NCBI GenBank assembly: GCA_964016885.1
Contig: OZ024742.1
Coordinates: forward strand, 76,942,001 to 77,006,000
DNA: 64,000 nt
Origin: Eledone cirrhosa
Taxonomy: Eukaryota
Reading direction: 5' to 3'
Translations under genes and position numbers: made by a program
Part shown: positions 1 through 13,339 of the stretch, piece after piece
Layout of the letters: each line of letters begins with the position of its first letter
How positions within the stretch are numbered: the stretch's first letter is position 1
The notes under the pieces: generated by a model
What the model was told of the DNA's origin: nothing
The model's input: only the letters and a program-made list of their open reading frames with translations
Database searches by the model: none

Positions 1-128
1 TATCAAATATTAAAAGTTAAGAATGAAAATGAATAGTTGAAGATCTGTTCAATTTTCGGATAGAGAGCCTGAATGGGTCACTTCAGAAAAAAATACTTTA
101 GATATATACAAACTAAGTTTATGTCACT

Positions 129-578
129 TTGGTTGAAGATGTTGTCACCAATGTGGTAGACAATTTAGAGAGTTGTAATGTTGCCACAAGGAACCACCTT
201 TGGTAGAAAGATATGACAGGGATATCGACAACGACTTTAGCTTGTTTTTACATTATTTATTAACAAAGTTTGAGCTGGCATGCCAAGAGAAATAAAACAA
301 ACGAATTAAGATTTCAGAAAGACACGGGCTACTGGCTGTGCCAGGCCGTAGTTAAATTGTTGTGTTACATATTGGCTAGTGATTTCACAGCGAAAGCAAA
401 GTAGTTGTTTACCTTAGCACGGTCGAGCTGGAAGAGTTAGTTTCCTCAAATCTTCGCGGGCTATTTCTCCCTTAGAACGCGTAGGGATACATCCTCTTCT
501 CCTGGCGCTGATTGGCTGAGCTTCAGCCAAATCACGCACAGAGAATGTATGTGAGCCCGTGGAATGTAGGTCACTACA
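129..578 (-). repeat. 3' LTR
   Basis: Direct repeat of 2621-3060. Confidence 0.85.
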
Positions 579-2620
579 TCACCTCCGAGCAGATTTTTAG
601 CCGAAAATCCTTAACGATGGAGCCAAGGACCCACAAGGTACAGTTTACACCCCCCCCCCTTCTAGACGGTAGTCGATACAGATTATTGAATCATCAAGAA
701 CAAATGCTGAAAGAGCACATTAGTGAAAAAATAATTGAGCAGAAAGATGCATGCAAGAAAAAAAATGAGGCGCTACGGGCCGTGTTGAGCCGCTGTCAAA
801 TGACTAGCTGTTTTGTAGTTTATACGTGACCACCAAAGGTCTAACAGAAAACAGATAAAGTCTGACATGGCCGAAGTTGCTGTTCTTGCATTAAATGTTA
901 ATGGTAAGTGTTGTACCAGTAGCTGTGGACGAAGCTATTATGGTAGTTTACCAGTGCTGGCAAGAAGATGATGGGTAGGTGAGAAAATGTTTGCCTCCCA
1001 GATGTATTGCCGAATATGCTAGGGAGCCAGAAAAAAATGGCTGGTTGCTTTGAAAAGAAAGAAAAAGCAAGTTGTATCTATAGGTGGGTTGCAGTTCCAT
1101 GATTCGGGCAAATCCGTAGAAGTGGTGGAAAAGCTGACAAGTCCAGTTCTATTTGTTGTTTTCCCGGTGAGTTGGGTAAGACAACAAGATAGAGGTTGTT
1201 ATGGACGATGAATGTGCAACGAGATGCGAAACGGTTTGAGTTCAGCTGCAATTAGCATTCTCGTGTTGCGGTGCAGGTGAATTAAGCTGCAAGTGTCGGT
1301 AGCATGTTTTGGTACCTCCAGAAGGTGAAAAGGGATCTCACAGAATATTACGACGCTTGAAGATCATATACCATAGACAACAACATGTTGGTGTGTGTAT
1401 ATATGCAGGCATGCAATACAGCAAAGAAAATGTGTGCGTGCGGTCACATATATAATGATAGAGAGAAATGAATTTTCATATAATACAGTTTAAAAAAAAA
1501 ATAAATGTCCAAAATAAATGCCTGAAAAAAAAAGGAAGAAAGAAAGAAGTGTTTCTTTTCTTTTAACAAAAAAGTTCGCTTCTTTTTTCTTTGGGAACGC
1601 TCTTACTAGGGAGCTAGTAGAGTTGTTGTTGTTGTTAAAGCAAAGTCGCAATGAATCTTCTGTAGAGTAGAAGTCGAGCGTTGAAGAAGCTAGCGTCACC
1701 AACATGGCAGCCACGTCTGACGCCATAATGGTGAGAAAACTAATGTCTTAATTTCTCGAGTCCTTGTGGTAACGAGACAGAAGGTATGGTGATTGCGTCG
1801 GTAAAGTTACAAGCCGTTCCCTGGTGTTGGTTAATAGTTAGCCATGTGTTGCTGCTGATGGCTGGTACTTGGTGGTAGCCGTTTTGAAATTTCCTCGTGG
1901 CGAAAAGTTTTTGAAATACTGCTAATTTTTTCTTTTTTTCTAAAATATTCTAAAGAAAATTGGTATAATAAAAAAAAATTATTTTCCATGAAAATTATTC
2001 GGCAAGAAAATCCAAGATGGCCGATTGAAAAATGCGTCGGTGATGAAGAAGCCGTCATGTGGCACGATGCAGCCAATCAGACGGCTGGGATTGGAGAAGA
2101 CAAGCTGTACGCGGGAAAACAAAATTTCTGAGTCTCCATTTGTAATTTCAACAGAACGTCGAAAGCAAAATTCCACATCCAGAGAAATCCTTTTTTTTTT
2201 TTTTTCTATCAAACTGTGCATGCAAGGCAAGTTGTTCATAGTCGGTGGTCACCGTATTCATTTTATCAAGTAATTGAAATATACCAAACCATCTCAACCG
2301 GATAGAAGACATCGCATACTTTTCAATCCAAAAGATAAATTTTTTGTTAGTCGTCGAAAAAACTCTTTCTTTTGTGTTGCACTTTTGTGTTCGTCTGTAT
2401 GCGTGAGTTACTAGTGTTACCATGAAAGTTATGACAGAAATATTGTTCAGGCCGCGTGCTTCAAAAAATGGAATATTATGAATTTTATGGACTTACGCTA
2501 AGTGAGTCTAGCTACCCGATTCGAACATTCCAAATGTTAAGCCACTCCACATAGCCATTAAAACGAATGGCGAATTCAAATAGGCTGCGTTTTCATACTT
2601 AATCGTCGAGGGTTACCACT

Positions 2621-3060
2621 TTGACTGAAGATGTTGTCACCAATGTGGTAGAGAGTTGTAATGTTGCCACAAGGAACCACCTTTGGTAGAAAGATATGAT
2701 AGGGATATCGACAACGACTTTAGCTTGTTTTTACATTATTTATTAACAAAGTTTGAGCTGGCATGCCAAGAGAAATAAAACAAACGAATTAAGATTTCAG
2801 AAAGACACGGGCTACTGGCTGTGCCAGGCCGTGGTTAAATTGTTGTGTTACATATTGGCTAGTGATTTCACGGCGAAAGCAAAGTAGTTGTTTACCTTAG
2901 CACGGTCGAGCTGGAAGAGTTAGTTTCCTCAAATCTTTGCGGGCTATTTCTCCCTCAGAACGCGTAGAGATACATCCTCTTCTCCTGGCGCTGATTGGCT
3001 GAGCTGAGCCAAATCACGCACAGAGAATGTATGTGAGCCCGCGGAATGTAGGTCACTACA
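2621..3060 (-). repeat. 5' LTR
   Basis: Direct repeat of 129-578, followed on the minus strand by the PBS-like sequence. Confidence 0.85.
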
Positions 3061-3061
3061 A

Positions 3062-3240
3062 CACTAAACCAAGAAGGTGAAATTCTTGCCACACTGGATG
3101 GTGAAATACTAACTCAAGTTGAAAATTTTATATACTTTGGGACATGGATTAATTCATCAAATAAAGGAGATAGACATTAGAATTTCCAGCGTGAGGGCTT
3201 CAATCAACACAATTGAAATAACAATATCATTCTTCAGAAC
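3062..3240 (+). pseudogene. Degraded LINE reverse-transcriptase C-terminal fragment (continues from ~100-128, split by the LTR element)
   Basis: Joining the flanks at CACT reads TKFMSLNQEGEILATLDGEILTQVENFIYFGTWI, matching the KTK.M...V..F.YLG thumb region of non-LTR RTs. Confidence 0.65.
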
Positions 3241-4547
3241 ATATGTGTCAGTATTGGAGTATGAATAATGTACATGTTTAGCTCTATGGGTTGTGTTTTT
3301 ATATTTTTTGTTAGATTATTGGGAGTAGTTCCTTATATAGATCTTCTTGTGTAGGGAATCTGTTGGATCTTCTTATTATCTGGTTGCAGTTGACCTGAAA
3401 TTATTTGCTTTTACATTGAGGGAGATGTTTTGTGATTGTTTCAGTCGTGGATAGCGAGTAGGTTTTTTCTTGCTGTTGTGTTTGGTTTCAATTGCTTGAA
3501 TTATGTCGAGGGTTTTGCTGTGTTGGATCTAGTAGTGTGAGTCTCTTTGAAAATGATTTTTGTGTTCAATTTCTATATGCAGGGGAGCTTAAATGGTGTT
3601 TCTTTAATTACTTTTCATGTTTCATGAACGAACTTTCAAATATTTGTTACTGATGCACTGATAGGATTTGTGCCATTCTACAGACTTCAAATTTCAATCA
3701 GTGATGTAAATGTTGCCTCTCAGCATTTTCAGCACGTTTTTTACCATCTGTTTATAATATATTTTTGATCAATTTTAACAGTAGTGGATGTCAGAATTCT
3801 TATTTCCGAGTCCTTTTCATAAGTGGCAGTTGTTTCCTTTGTTTTCCTCATTGACCTTGTGCGTTATTTATCAATGTGTTTGGAAATATTTAAGATAATA
3901 ACAACAGGGTAGAGTTTAAAAATTCCACATAGATTCCAACTTTGTATTTTTCAACTTAATTAAATATGGAATTTTCTTATTTCTAAGTGTTTTATTTTCC
4001 AAATGTGCCCGATTAGGCTTTTGATGTAAGGTGCAAATTCATGCCCTATTTTACGGATCAAAATATATCATTGATATTGTACGCTAAGAAAGAATTCGGT
4101 CTTGGTTGATATGTTGTACTCCTTGTTATGGTCGTGTTTAAAGTAGCGTAGTTTATTCAATTTTACTGTTAGAATATTGATTTGTCAATTCATCTCCCGG
4201 ACATTTTTTAGGATTTGTTCCTTTATTAGTTATATTTCTGTTGGCTGCCATCAGTGCAATTTCCCGGATTGTAGAGATTATAATGGTTAAAAAGGGGATC
4301 AATTCCAAATTCAAATCGATGATTACACGATATATATGTATGTATATATATATGAAAACAGGGAGAAAGAGACGATTATGAGGAAGAAAAACATATTTTT
4401 TTCCTTTTTTATTTCTCTCTCTCTTTTTTCTGGGTTAGAAAATGATTAAAACGAAATATTTTACTTTGTGTGAAGTGTTAAGGTATTAGTTGATATATTT
4501 ATTATTTAACAATGGCATTTATTTATCTATTTATATATTTAATTATT

Positions 4548-4590
4548 GTCTATTACCGGTTTCAGCATTTATATGCATTATCAAATGATA
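4548..4590 (-). ncRNA. Hammerhead-like motif, UUGAUAA core (inverted-arm copy)
   Basis: Minus strand reads TTGATAA tGCAT-ataa-ATGCt GAAA CCGG TA; stem I is weak. Confidence 0.5.
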
Positions 4591-4645
4591 GGGAAATGTA
4601 TTAGTGTAGTATCGCACATGTTAAACAGAAGGTGCAGAAAGAATA

Positions 4646-5653
4646 ATGTTATATACAAACAAGGTTTATGAAGTGAAAAGAAAAGAGAAAGAACAACTTC
4701 CTTTCCTCGACATCCTCATGAAGAAAACAAGCAACAAAATAGAAACAGACATATACTACAAACCCACAGACTCCAAACAATACCTTCCAATCAACTCGTG
4801 TCACCCTAGACACACCAATTTGGCAATTCCTTATAACCTAGCCAGAAGGATCTGCACAATAATTCCAGGTAAATACATATGCTACACACGACTAGAAGAA
4901 TTAAAAAACACACTTATCAGCAGAAACTACCCACCATCCCTAATCACCAATGGATTCCAACGTGCCCTAAAACTAGACATACATGAACTCAGACACCCCA
5001 AACCCAGGAATAAACCGCAACAAAAAACTCTACCATACATCTCCACACACAACCCCCTCAAAAATGAGGCATTCGACACCATCCTCCAGAACATTCCTTT
5101 ACTAAAAAGAGACCCAAGAATGAACAATATCTTTCACACACACAACATCATAAAGAGCAAAAGACAACCTAAATCCATAAAAAACATCCTCACACAAGCC
5201 AAAATCCAACAAACCCTCACAATGAACCCTACAGTAACAAAATGCGGAAGGCCCAACTGTCGCATATGCATAAATCTAATAGAAGGTTCAACATTCCATT
5301 TTAAACAAGGACAACGCTTCACAATTAGACACAACTTTGCATGTGCATCTGAAAACCTTATCTATGTTTTGACATGCTCAGGTTGTCAAGAGAACTACAT
5401 AGGACAGACAAAAAACAGCCTCCGTCAACGTATGACCGTCCATAAATCACAAAATAAAATACAGGAATACAGAAAGATTGCATTTAGTGAACATATCGCC
5501 AATTGTGCTCTCAATCAACATTCAAACTTTAAAATGTTCCCCATTTACAAATTCATAGACAACGCTACTTTCATCCAACGTACCAATAAGGAAACACATT
5601 TCATTAATACATTTCAACCACTACTCAATGCTCTAAAAATCGGACCAATCTAA
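4646..5653 (+). CDS. PLE RT C-terminal part + GIY-YIG endonuclease (5'-truncated)
   Basis: Motifs LPFLDI, YYKPTD, SCHP, CGRPNCRIC linker, NLIYVLTCSGC..YIGQT, R...H and ETHFI..FQPLLN. The first ~15 codons come from the inverted arm. Confidence 0.85.
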   Translation: MLYTNKVYEVKRKEKEQLPFLDILMKKTSNKIETDIYYKPTDSKQYLPINSCHPRHTNLAIPYNLARRICTIIPGKYICYTRLEELKNTLISRNYPPSLITNGFQRALKLDIHELRHPKPRNKPQQKTLPYISTHNPLKNEAFDTILQNIPLLKRDPRMNNIFHTHNIIKSKRQPKSIKNILTQAKIQQTLTMNPTVTKCGRPNCRICINLIEGSTFHFKQGQRFTIRHNFACASENLIYVLTCSGCQENYIGQTKNSLRQRMTVHKSQNKIQEYRKIAFSEHIANCALNQHSNFKMFPIYKFIDNATFIQRTNKETHFINTFQPLLNALKIGPI

Positions 5654-6061
5654 AACTGCAACAAACCATCAAACATTTACAAGAGTTACCTCCCTCACAC
5701 CCTACCTAATCCTTTTTCTTAATAAATTCAATATCACGCAGCAAGAATTGCTTCCCCCTGAATATTAACTCTCTAAAAACGGAACTCATATTAAACCACA
5801 GTCCACCATGTGCCTCCTTCACGGACCATGGTTCAACTAAGCACTCTTGCGATATTAACACATTTTGAACTGCTTAATTTCAATGACTGTGCTTGTAAAT
5901 AACATTATTTTTTCTTCCACATTGACTTTTCACGTGCCACATTATGCACGTTTTTTTTCCTTTCTCTTTTTTCTTTTCACTTCTTAAACTTTGTTTGTAT
6001 ATAACATTATTCTTTCTGCACCTTCTGTATAACATGTGCGACACCACACTAATACATTTCA

Positions 6062-6105
6062 CTATCATTTGATAATGTATATACATGCTGAAACCGGTAA
6101 TAGAC
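6062..6105 (+). ncRNA. Hammerhead-like motif, UUGAUAA core
   Basis: TTGATAA (6069-75), stem II, GAAA (6090-93), palindromic CCGG, TA. Confidence 0.5.
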
Positions 6106-6294
6106 AATAACTAAATATATGAATATATAAAAAAATGCCATTGTTAAATAATAAATAAATCAACTAATATCTTAACACTTCACACAAAATAAAACATTTC
6201 GTTTTAATCATATTCTAACTCGGAAAAAAGAGAGAGAGAAACAAAACAGGAAAAATAAAATTGTTCTTCCTCATAATCGTCTCTTTCTCCCGGT

Positions 6295-6338
<44 letters not shown>

Positions 6339-6365
6339 TAACTCGTGTGCTTCTTCTCCACATTT

Positions 6366-6407
<42 letters not shown>

Positions 6408-6751
6408 TGAGTCCGTGAAAACTTATTATATATTATTATATATATGAAGTTTACTATTTTAATCACATATTTAATATTTCATGAGTATAGATTTATCCTC
6501 ATTATTGCGAAGAAATTATGTAATGGGGAAGCGAGGCCAAATCTACGCGACCATATCAATTATACAATTTGCCAGCTCTAGACATTAGTAAATTACACAT
6601 ATTGAACCTCGTCATAGATTGGCATTCAGACGTACTAAGCGAATAACAGCTACAACTAACATGTCAATGGTGATAGAATCAAATAAATATTCACACATCA
6701 TCCACCAATTTTCGACATAACAGCTCCAATTATTGTAATGATAAATCAGTA

Positions 6752-6954
<203 letters not shown>

Positions 6955-7332
6955 TACAATTGTAATATGGAAATAAGGTTTGTACATATGCTGCAACATA
7001 GACTTTGAACCTTTCAAATCTATTTACATTCTATAGTTGTAAGAGGAATACAACCCAATCAAAACGGACCACGTAACAGCAATGAGTGCCTGTAACTGTT
7101 GTTACACATCTAACTGACAAACAGGCACACACACACACACACACTCACACACACACACACACACCCACCCACACACACACACACACACATACACACACAC
7201 ACACAAACAAACGCACACACACACTCGAGAGTATGTGTATATAAGACTCTTAGTCGTCATTAAGACATCTCTCTAGGAGAAGGTCACTCTTATATTAAAC
7301 CTGCAACTTTATTTTCATCCAATAATCTGGAC

Positions 7333-7400
7333 CAGGGGCGTGCGACAGGTGGCCCGCGGGCCACAATCTGGCATGCCGGACCAGTTAGAGTGGCTCGTAA
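7333..7400 (+). mobile_element. hAT/Charlie-like DNA transposon terminal fragment
   Basis: CAGGGGCGTG...GGCCCGCGGGCCACAATCTGGC resembles hAT-Charlie termini; the opposite end was not found. Confidence 0.45.
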
Positions 7401-7807
7401 TCACCGTTTTCAATCTTGTAGGTTTATTTAGAATTTCTTTCGTAACGTTTTCCTTACTCACACATTCTCTATTGAATTTATTACGTTTTCGCATTTTCTC
7501 ATTATTAGGGTATACATGTTTAACTTTCTCTTAGGTTAATCACTACCTTGATTAAATCTTAACCATTTAAGATCTCAGGGTATGTCATATATCATTATAT
7601 TTTGTCTGATTAGGACGTACTGTTGTACATCCGAAATATGTATAATAAAATGTAATTGATAAAAAGAACATCTATTTTATTAATATTTGTATTTTAATAT
7701 TAATAACTCTGGAAAATTATTTTCCATAGAGTGCTTCCAATCTACTGTAAAACTCATTCCTTGATACACTCATTAAATATTGTTTAACTCTTTAATATAT
7801 TAATATA

Positions 7808-7868
<61 letters not shown>

Positions 7869-8520
7869 CATACATTAACAGAGAAAGCCTTAAGCTATAC
7901 TCTGACTGGCTTCCATCTCACTCAACAAACATTAGGATATACCTTAGTATAATCCCAATTTTACGTTTGGGGTGCTAACTATATGTATTTTGCGGATAGC
8001 CAGTGGTTTTTTTATATGAGACATAATTAAAATACATCTCCCTTTCCAAACAATTGTTTCATTATAGGTTTTCTACAAGTTGGGAAACATGTGTCCAGGT
8101 TATGTAGAAGCCTGCACATAGTCCGTAGGAATATATGCAGGTGGGCACTTATAAATCAGTGGATGCCCGCCAAACATCGATATAAAAAAACTTTCTTACC
8201 GATATCCAATCCAATGTTAGCGATGGTCCCTCTCCGTATCAGAATGACGCCAAATTTGAAATTCCAGCAGACTCAGAATCAGAAATTTCACACTGTCATC
8301 AAGCGGAAAGGGGAGGTCATCGCGAAACATAAGAAAGTAAAATAATATGCACGCGGGTCAATTAATTTTTTCAATAATTTTAACCTTGCGTGTGAAGAAC
8401 TCAATTAGATTTAAAAAAAATAAATATATGCATGTATTATTTATACACGCATGTAGGTATTTTCTTAGGCTAAAAACAGAGATATGATACTAGAATAACA
8501 ATCAATATTTCATAGTAATA

Positions 8521-8573
<53 letters not shown>

Positions 8574-8574
8574 T

Positions 8575-8860
8575 AAACAATGAGTTATTTTTGTGTTGAT
8601 TATTCAACAAAGTTAATTAATAACAGATTAGAAGCACTCAAGATAATTTTTCTGGATTATAGTTAATATCAATAATATTAATGACCTATCCACAATGAAC
8701 TTATAACATTACGTTCACATGAGTATATGTCAGTATCTTTAAACCAAATATTGTATTTTATCTGAGGAAAGCGTACCAAAATATTGGTACCCTTTAAATA
8801 TGTATATAATAAATATGGTTTTATGAAGATATTTTCCATTTATTAATATTATTGATGTTA
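8575..8860 (+). mobile_element. PLE 3'-end remnant (family of 22965 and 61841) with degenerate HHR
   Basis: tattttatCTGAGGAaagcgtacc..ggtaccctt(TAAA) and the downstream 'aataaatatggtttt' match 23071-23175 and 62141-62248. Lies between (TA)n tracts. Confidence 0.7.
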
Positions 8861-11800
8861 TATATATATACATAGAGAGAGCGAGAGAGAGTGAGAGAAA
8901 GAAAGAGAGAGAGAGAGGGTAGAAGAAAGTTTGATAGATTAATATAAAAATAAATCTGAGTGTGTGTCTGTGTGTAAACTAAGCAAATATTTCGAGGGTG
9001 CGCGTTGTAAAATGTCTGGAAATAAGTGCATGATATAGCTTGTGTATGCATGAATGTAAGTGAGCTTAGTGGGATGTTATGTATGTGTGTGCATGTCTTA
9101 GATACCAATCGAAGTATAGGCGCGCTGAGAATTAAGCAAGCTCTCTTGATCAAGTAATTAAAACCTAGGAACAATAATCGAGTGAGAAGAGGTGCACCTG
9201 AATGGCTGAATTAAAATCCTTACTTCTTTCTTTCAAATTAAATCTACGTCCTCAGTAAGCATACACACTTAGACTCACACACATACATATATCACACATA
9301 TTTTTCCCTTTTTATTATATACATTTTTGCACACGCCTTTCACTACATAAACTTACATTCATGCACACACATACATACATCCCACTAAGCATATACGTGC
9401 ACATATCATAATACAGTTTCATCACCATGTCCTGAATGTAGCTGGTACATTAAGCAAAATACCGCACACAGAGATCGCGTGTTAATTCCGAAAAGATTCG
9501 AGAAAATTCTAGAATTCTATTTGTGGTATTTTTCCATGATACCAGCAGAACCAGAGTTAACTCCTCTGTTTCAGTAATAGCAGCATCTGGCTCTAGCAGC
9601 ATCACGTGCTCTTTTTAATTGGAAGGTAGTCAGATTCCCTTGCTAGAACAAAACACAGAGTTGGCGGTTTGAAGCTTTGGGGGATACGTGGATGCGATAC
9701 CTTTGTGAGAGTTGATACACTGCAATAGAGGGTAGATTAATTAAAACAATGAAAAGCAATATTTCAAAGTCAGGCAAATATGTAACACTTAGTTTATTAG
9801 TATCTTTAAATGTATGGAAACTGAATACTTTCTATTTTAATTAAAGAAAGGCACTGCTGGATGGTAACAGGTCCATTGTGAGACATTTGACATGTTACTT
9901 CTCTCTTGTATATTATATTATTGTACACCACAGATTTGCAAGTATCTTGAGCGGAAATGGCCAAATTCGATTTCGTTAAATGATGGCTGCTGCAATGCAA
10001 TTGCACTTATTCAGCGTATGTATGTGATACGCCATGATTGGATGTGCATGTGCAATAGATAGATGTTTGGTATAAATCTTTATCATCCACCAGATTTCAA
10101 CCTTTTATTCATTTAAAGACAGAACATGCAAATTCATCATCTTCTTCATTGACTCAAGTTGTCACATGTTCCTTCCAGATTTGACATTTAGAAAATATCA
10201 TCATTGTCATAGACGCTGTGAGGAAGCTCTAGTTTAATAAAATACAAGACTCATATTTGGCATGCATCACATCGAAACAGCTTATCTATTATGATGTTTA
10301 TATTGTCAGAAATTCCGGAATAGTATAGTCCGGAATTGGAGATATCTGGAAACTGGTTGCATGTTTCTAGGGAATATCAAACAGGGAAAGCCTCTACTGG
10401 ATACCATTTATTTGATAATCAAATTATATTATGCAAAAAGAGAGTGTTTTAGTTATTCCATTCTCAAAGTGTATATTGAGTAAACTAATAAAATGAATCA
10501 AGAATCTAATTTCAACAAACGCCGATAATCAAATCGTCATATGTCATATGGTTATATATTATTAATGCTTGTTATTAACTGTTTAACCGAAGAAAAACGC
10601 GACATTTATTGGAGTATATTTTAATTTTTCAATTGACATAGTAAACAAAGCGACTGAATTGAACGTAGATTACTTTTTTCTGCCTTATTGACAACCCCAG
10701 TCCTTTCATGCATATTTACCTAAATTATATTCATAATTTCAAGTAATTGCTTTTAATAGGGTATTTAGGTAATCAAATTTTGTATAAATTAATATTTTCG
10801 TTGTATATGGTGACGAATGACTCAAGTACCTTGTGACTCAAGGGCTCTCTGTGTGGCAATATCACTCAGATCACAAGAAAAAAATCTGCTTATTGACTCC
10901 CGCTAAGATCTAGTGCAATATCATTGTATATAAAGTGTTTAGCTAAACCAAATTCAATGCAGGTTGCTTCTTAAAGTCGAATGCCGTATTGTATACATAT
11001 GATAGTATGTATTGACCACAAAATATGCTAGATCAAGGTCACACATTTAAACACGACTGCCTACATGAAACAAATATCACAAGTATTAGAAAGGGGCTAA
11101 TGAAACAGTTTTTCCTATTGATTAAACACACCTGGATCGAATGGCCATTTCTCGCTCGAAAACATTATGGAATAGCTTTCTGCATTCAGAGGAATTCTAT
11201 GTATGCACCAGCCACCCCCAAATAAATAAAGGTAATAAGAAATCGATTCATTTCGTCCCGTCAAACGAAAGAAAATATAAATGTTTGTTTGAAATTATGG
11301 GTATTTTATTTAATTTACATTGTGGAATCAATTTCAATTGTATGGTGGCAGTTAACGATGGAAATCTGCTCCACTATCATGGATGTACGGTCCAGAAAAA
11401 TAGGCTAATTGCAAATAATGAGAGCCAGGAAATGGGGAAACTCCCCACATACATAATTGTAAACTTAGAGTGATGTACAGTTATATGCGAAGAGTTATTT
11501 CCGCTATCATCTGTCTATATACGTTCCCATAGTGCTGCTTTCTCACCAATATGTATCTACATAGACGTATAACATTGTTTACAAAAATCCTTAAAACATG
11601 CATATGGAAATATTTATACTTTATAGGCTAAACTTCTGAATGTTCCGTTCTTCCCTTATTGTTTTACAATTGGTCTAATTGATCTAAGTATGTACATTGA
11701 AGTGGATACAAGCAAAAGCAGGCAATTCAAGTCAAGTGTCTGTTGTTGTGAATAGAATTAAGCAGATTTAAACCGGTAGAAATCCCACCAAACGGATTTT

Positions 11801-12589
11801 ATCTATAATGAAGACAAACAGCTTGATTTCACCATTCATGGCGATTGCATTATAGGTTCACGTGTCTAATTATTAATCAGACATTTTCATATCCAATGAG
11901 TTGTTCGTTCATTTGATGGGACAACTGTAATACTCATTATCTAAAAGCGAAAACGCAATAGGTTAACTAGATTATCATGCACCAAATTTTCTTTTATCAT
12001 CTCTCGCTCATAGCATGCTGAGTTCCTTTGGGAGGGTAACTTTGTGAAACAACAGCAGCATTTCACCCTATCAAATATGAAGCATACGAGGACCAATCCT
12101 CAGTTTGTATATGTATGACGACGAATAACAACTCGTAAACGGCCACTGTTTTTAGAAACTTCGTCAATAATATCAGTACTAGAATCTCTAACCTCTCCTC
12201 TAATAAGGCTATCTTTGACAGAGCGGCACCCAACTATAACACGGGGTTAGCTAACAGCGGCTTCTCGCAAGCTATCACTTACTCTTCCACTATCAACTCC
12301 AGAAATGAGAAAAGAAAGCGTAACAATATACAAACTATCTGGTTCTCTGACTCAACGTTAAAACTAATGTAAGAAAAAAATGTCTAGCCCTCTTAGATAG
12401 ACACTTTCCCATAGGTCACAAATACCGCTCCATCTTTAACAGACACAAAGTAAAAATAGGATACTCCTGCGCTAAGAATATGAAGGCCAACAGTACTAAA
12501 AGCAACACCCTACCAGGGTGCTTTGCTGAAAGCCTGAGGCTTGTGCCCCTCAACAGCAATGCAACACACCCGCTGTAGTTTATGAAACT

Positions 12590-12967
12590 GTGGTCACTTC
12601 CAACCGACCAAATCAACCACAGCTGGTCAAATCCTATGTGGGTATGGCCGAGGGCCGATTTAAGAAACGCTTCCTGAACCATCAGTCGACCTTTAGGTAC
12701 ACGGACAAACGATCATCCCCGAAACTCGCGAGCCACCTATGGTCCCTCAAGGAATCAAGTATAGACTACTCCATTCAATGGAAAGCCATCACTAATTCCA
12801 AGCCATACGCAAGGGGCAATCCGTCGTGCGGACTATATATTGATGAGCGAATAAATATGCTAAATAGATTACGCAATGGCGATTGCCTAAACCCAGGATT
12901 TGAATTCTTCACACGTTGTCCACACGTCTGGAAAGACCTCTTACATAACTACATAACACCGGATTGA
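12590..12967 (+). pseudogene. GIY-YIG endonuclease portion of PLE ORF
   Basis: ORF track: YVG..GRFKKRFLNH...CPH. The upstream part is frameshifted. Confidence 0.8.
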
Positions 12968-13135
12968 ATTACAACAACATCCTAATTTTCTTATCAACGA
13001 GAAACTTTCGGACTTTCGCAGTTAGCTCCCTTACAACTCTCGCACGCAATTTGGAATTGCCTAGGTGAAGTGACCGCTTTGTGCGCATGCAAGTTTATAC
13101 GGTTGTCCTTCCTGTTCCGTATAACCATGTCCATT

Positions 13136-13175
13136 CCGAGCTGAGGATCAGCTAAGGTGAAACAATTGATCTCGG
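13136..13175 (+). ncRNA. Hammerhead ribozyme-like motif (type I, probably decayed)
   Basis: Stem I CCGAG/CTCGG, CTGAGGA, short stem II, GAAA, palindromic CAATTG. The cleavage triplet reads GAT rather than GUH. Confidence 0.6.
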
Positions 13176-13269
13176 TATGATGAACTAACTGTTGTGTAAC
13201 AACTTCTACCTAACTCGTCCCATGGACTGAGTTCTCTACCACTACGGATATTACCTTCCAGTGTTCTAC

Positions 13270-13339
<70 letters not shown>

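Larger units (their letters stand above)
129..3061 (-). mobile_element. Non-autonomous LTR retroelement (~2.9 kb; ~440-450 bp LTRs, no recognisable gag/pol)
   Basis: Near-identical direct repeats at 129-578 and 2621-3060 (one ~9 bp indel). On the minus strand the LTR starts TGTAGTG. PBS-like TGGTAACCCTCGACGATT at 2618-2601 resembles the tRNA-Trp PBS. Purine-rich GGAGGTGA precedes the 3' LTR. CACT is duplicated at 125-128 and 3062-3065. Confidence 0.8.
4354..6370 (+). mobile_element. 5'-truncated Penelope-like element (Neptune-type) with inverted 5' pLTR arm and a tail
   Basis: 4354-4691 is the reverse complement of ~5960-6298. Contains an RT-thumb + GIY-YIG ORF and is flanked by (TA)n. The tail at 6337-6370 is shared with the copy at 16437. 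Confidence 0.9.
12040..13270 (+). mobile_element. Degraded, 5'-truncated Hydra-type PLE
   Basis: LLDRHFPIGHKYRSIFNRHKVKIGYSC, then CPLN..C, YVGMAEGRFKKRFLNH, WSLK, QWK, CPH. Carries the 3' HHR and the tail hairpin. Confidence 0.85.

Noticed and set aside
3260-4320. Strand-asymmetric region with broken minus-strand frames
   Set aside because: Probably an old retroelement fragment, but I could not identify any motif.
9540-9720. Candidate minus-strand exon after ctctattgcAG
   Set aside because: All three frames stop within ~40 codons and resemble nothing recognisable.
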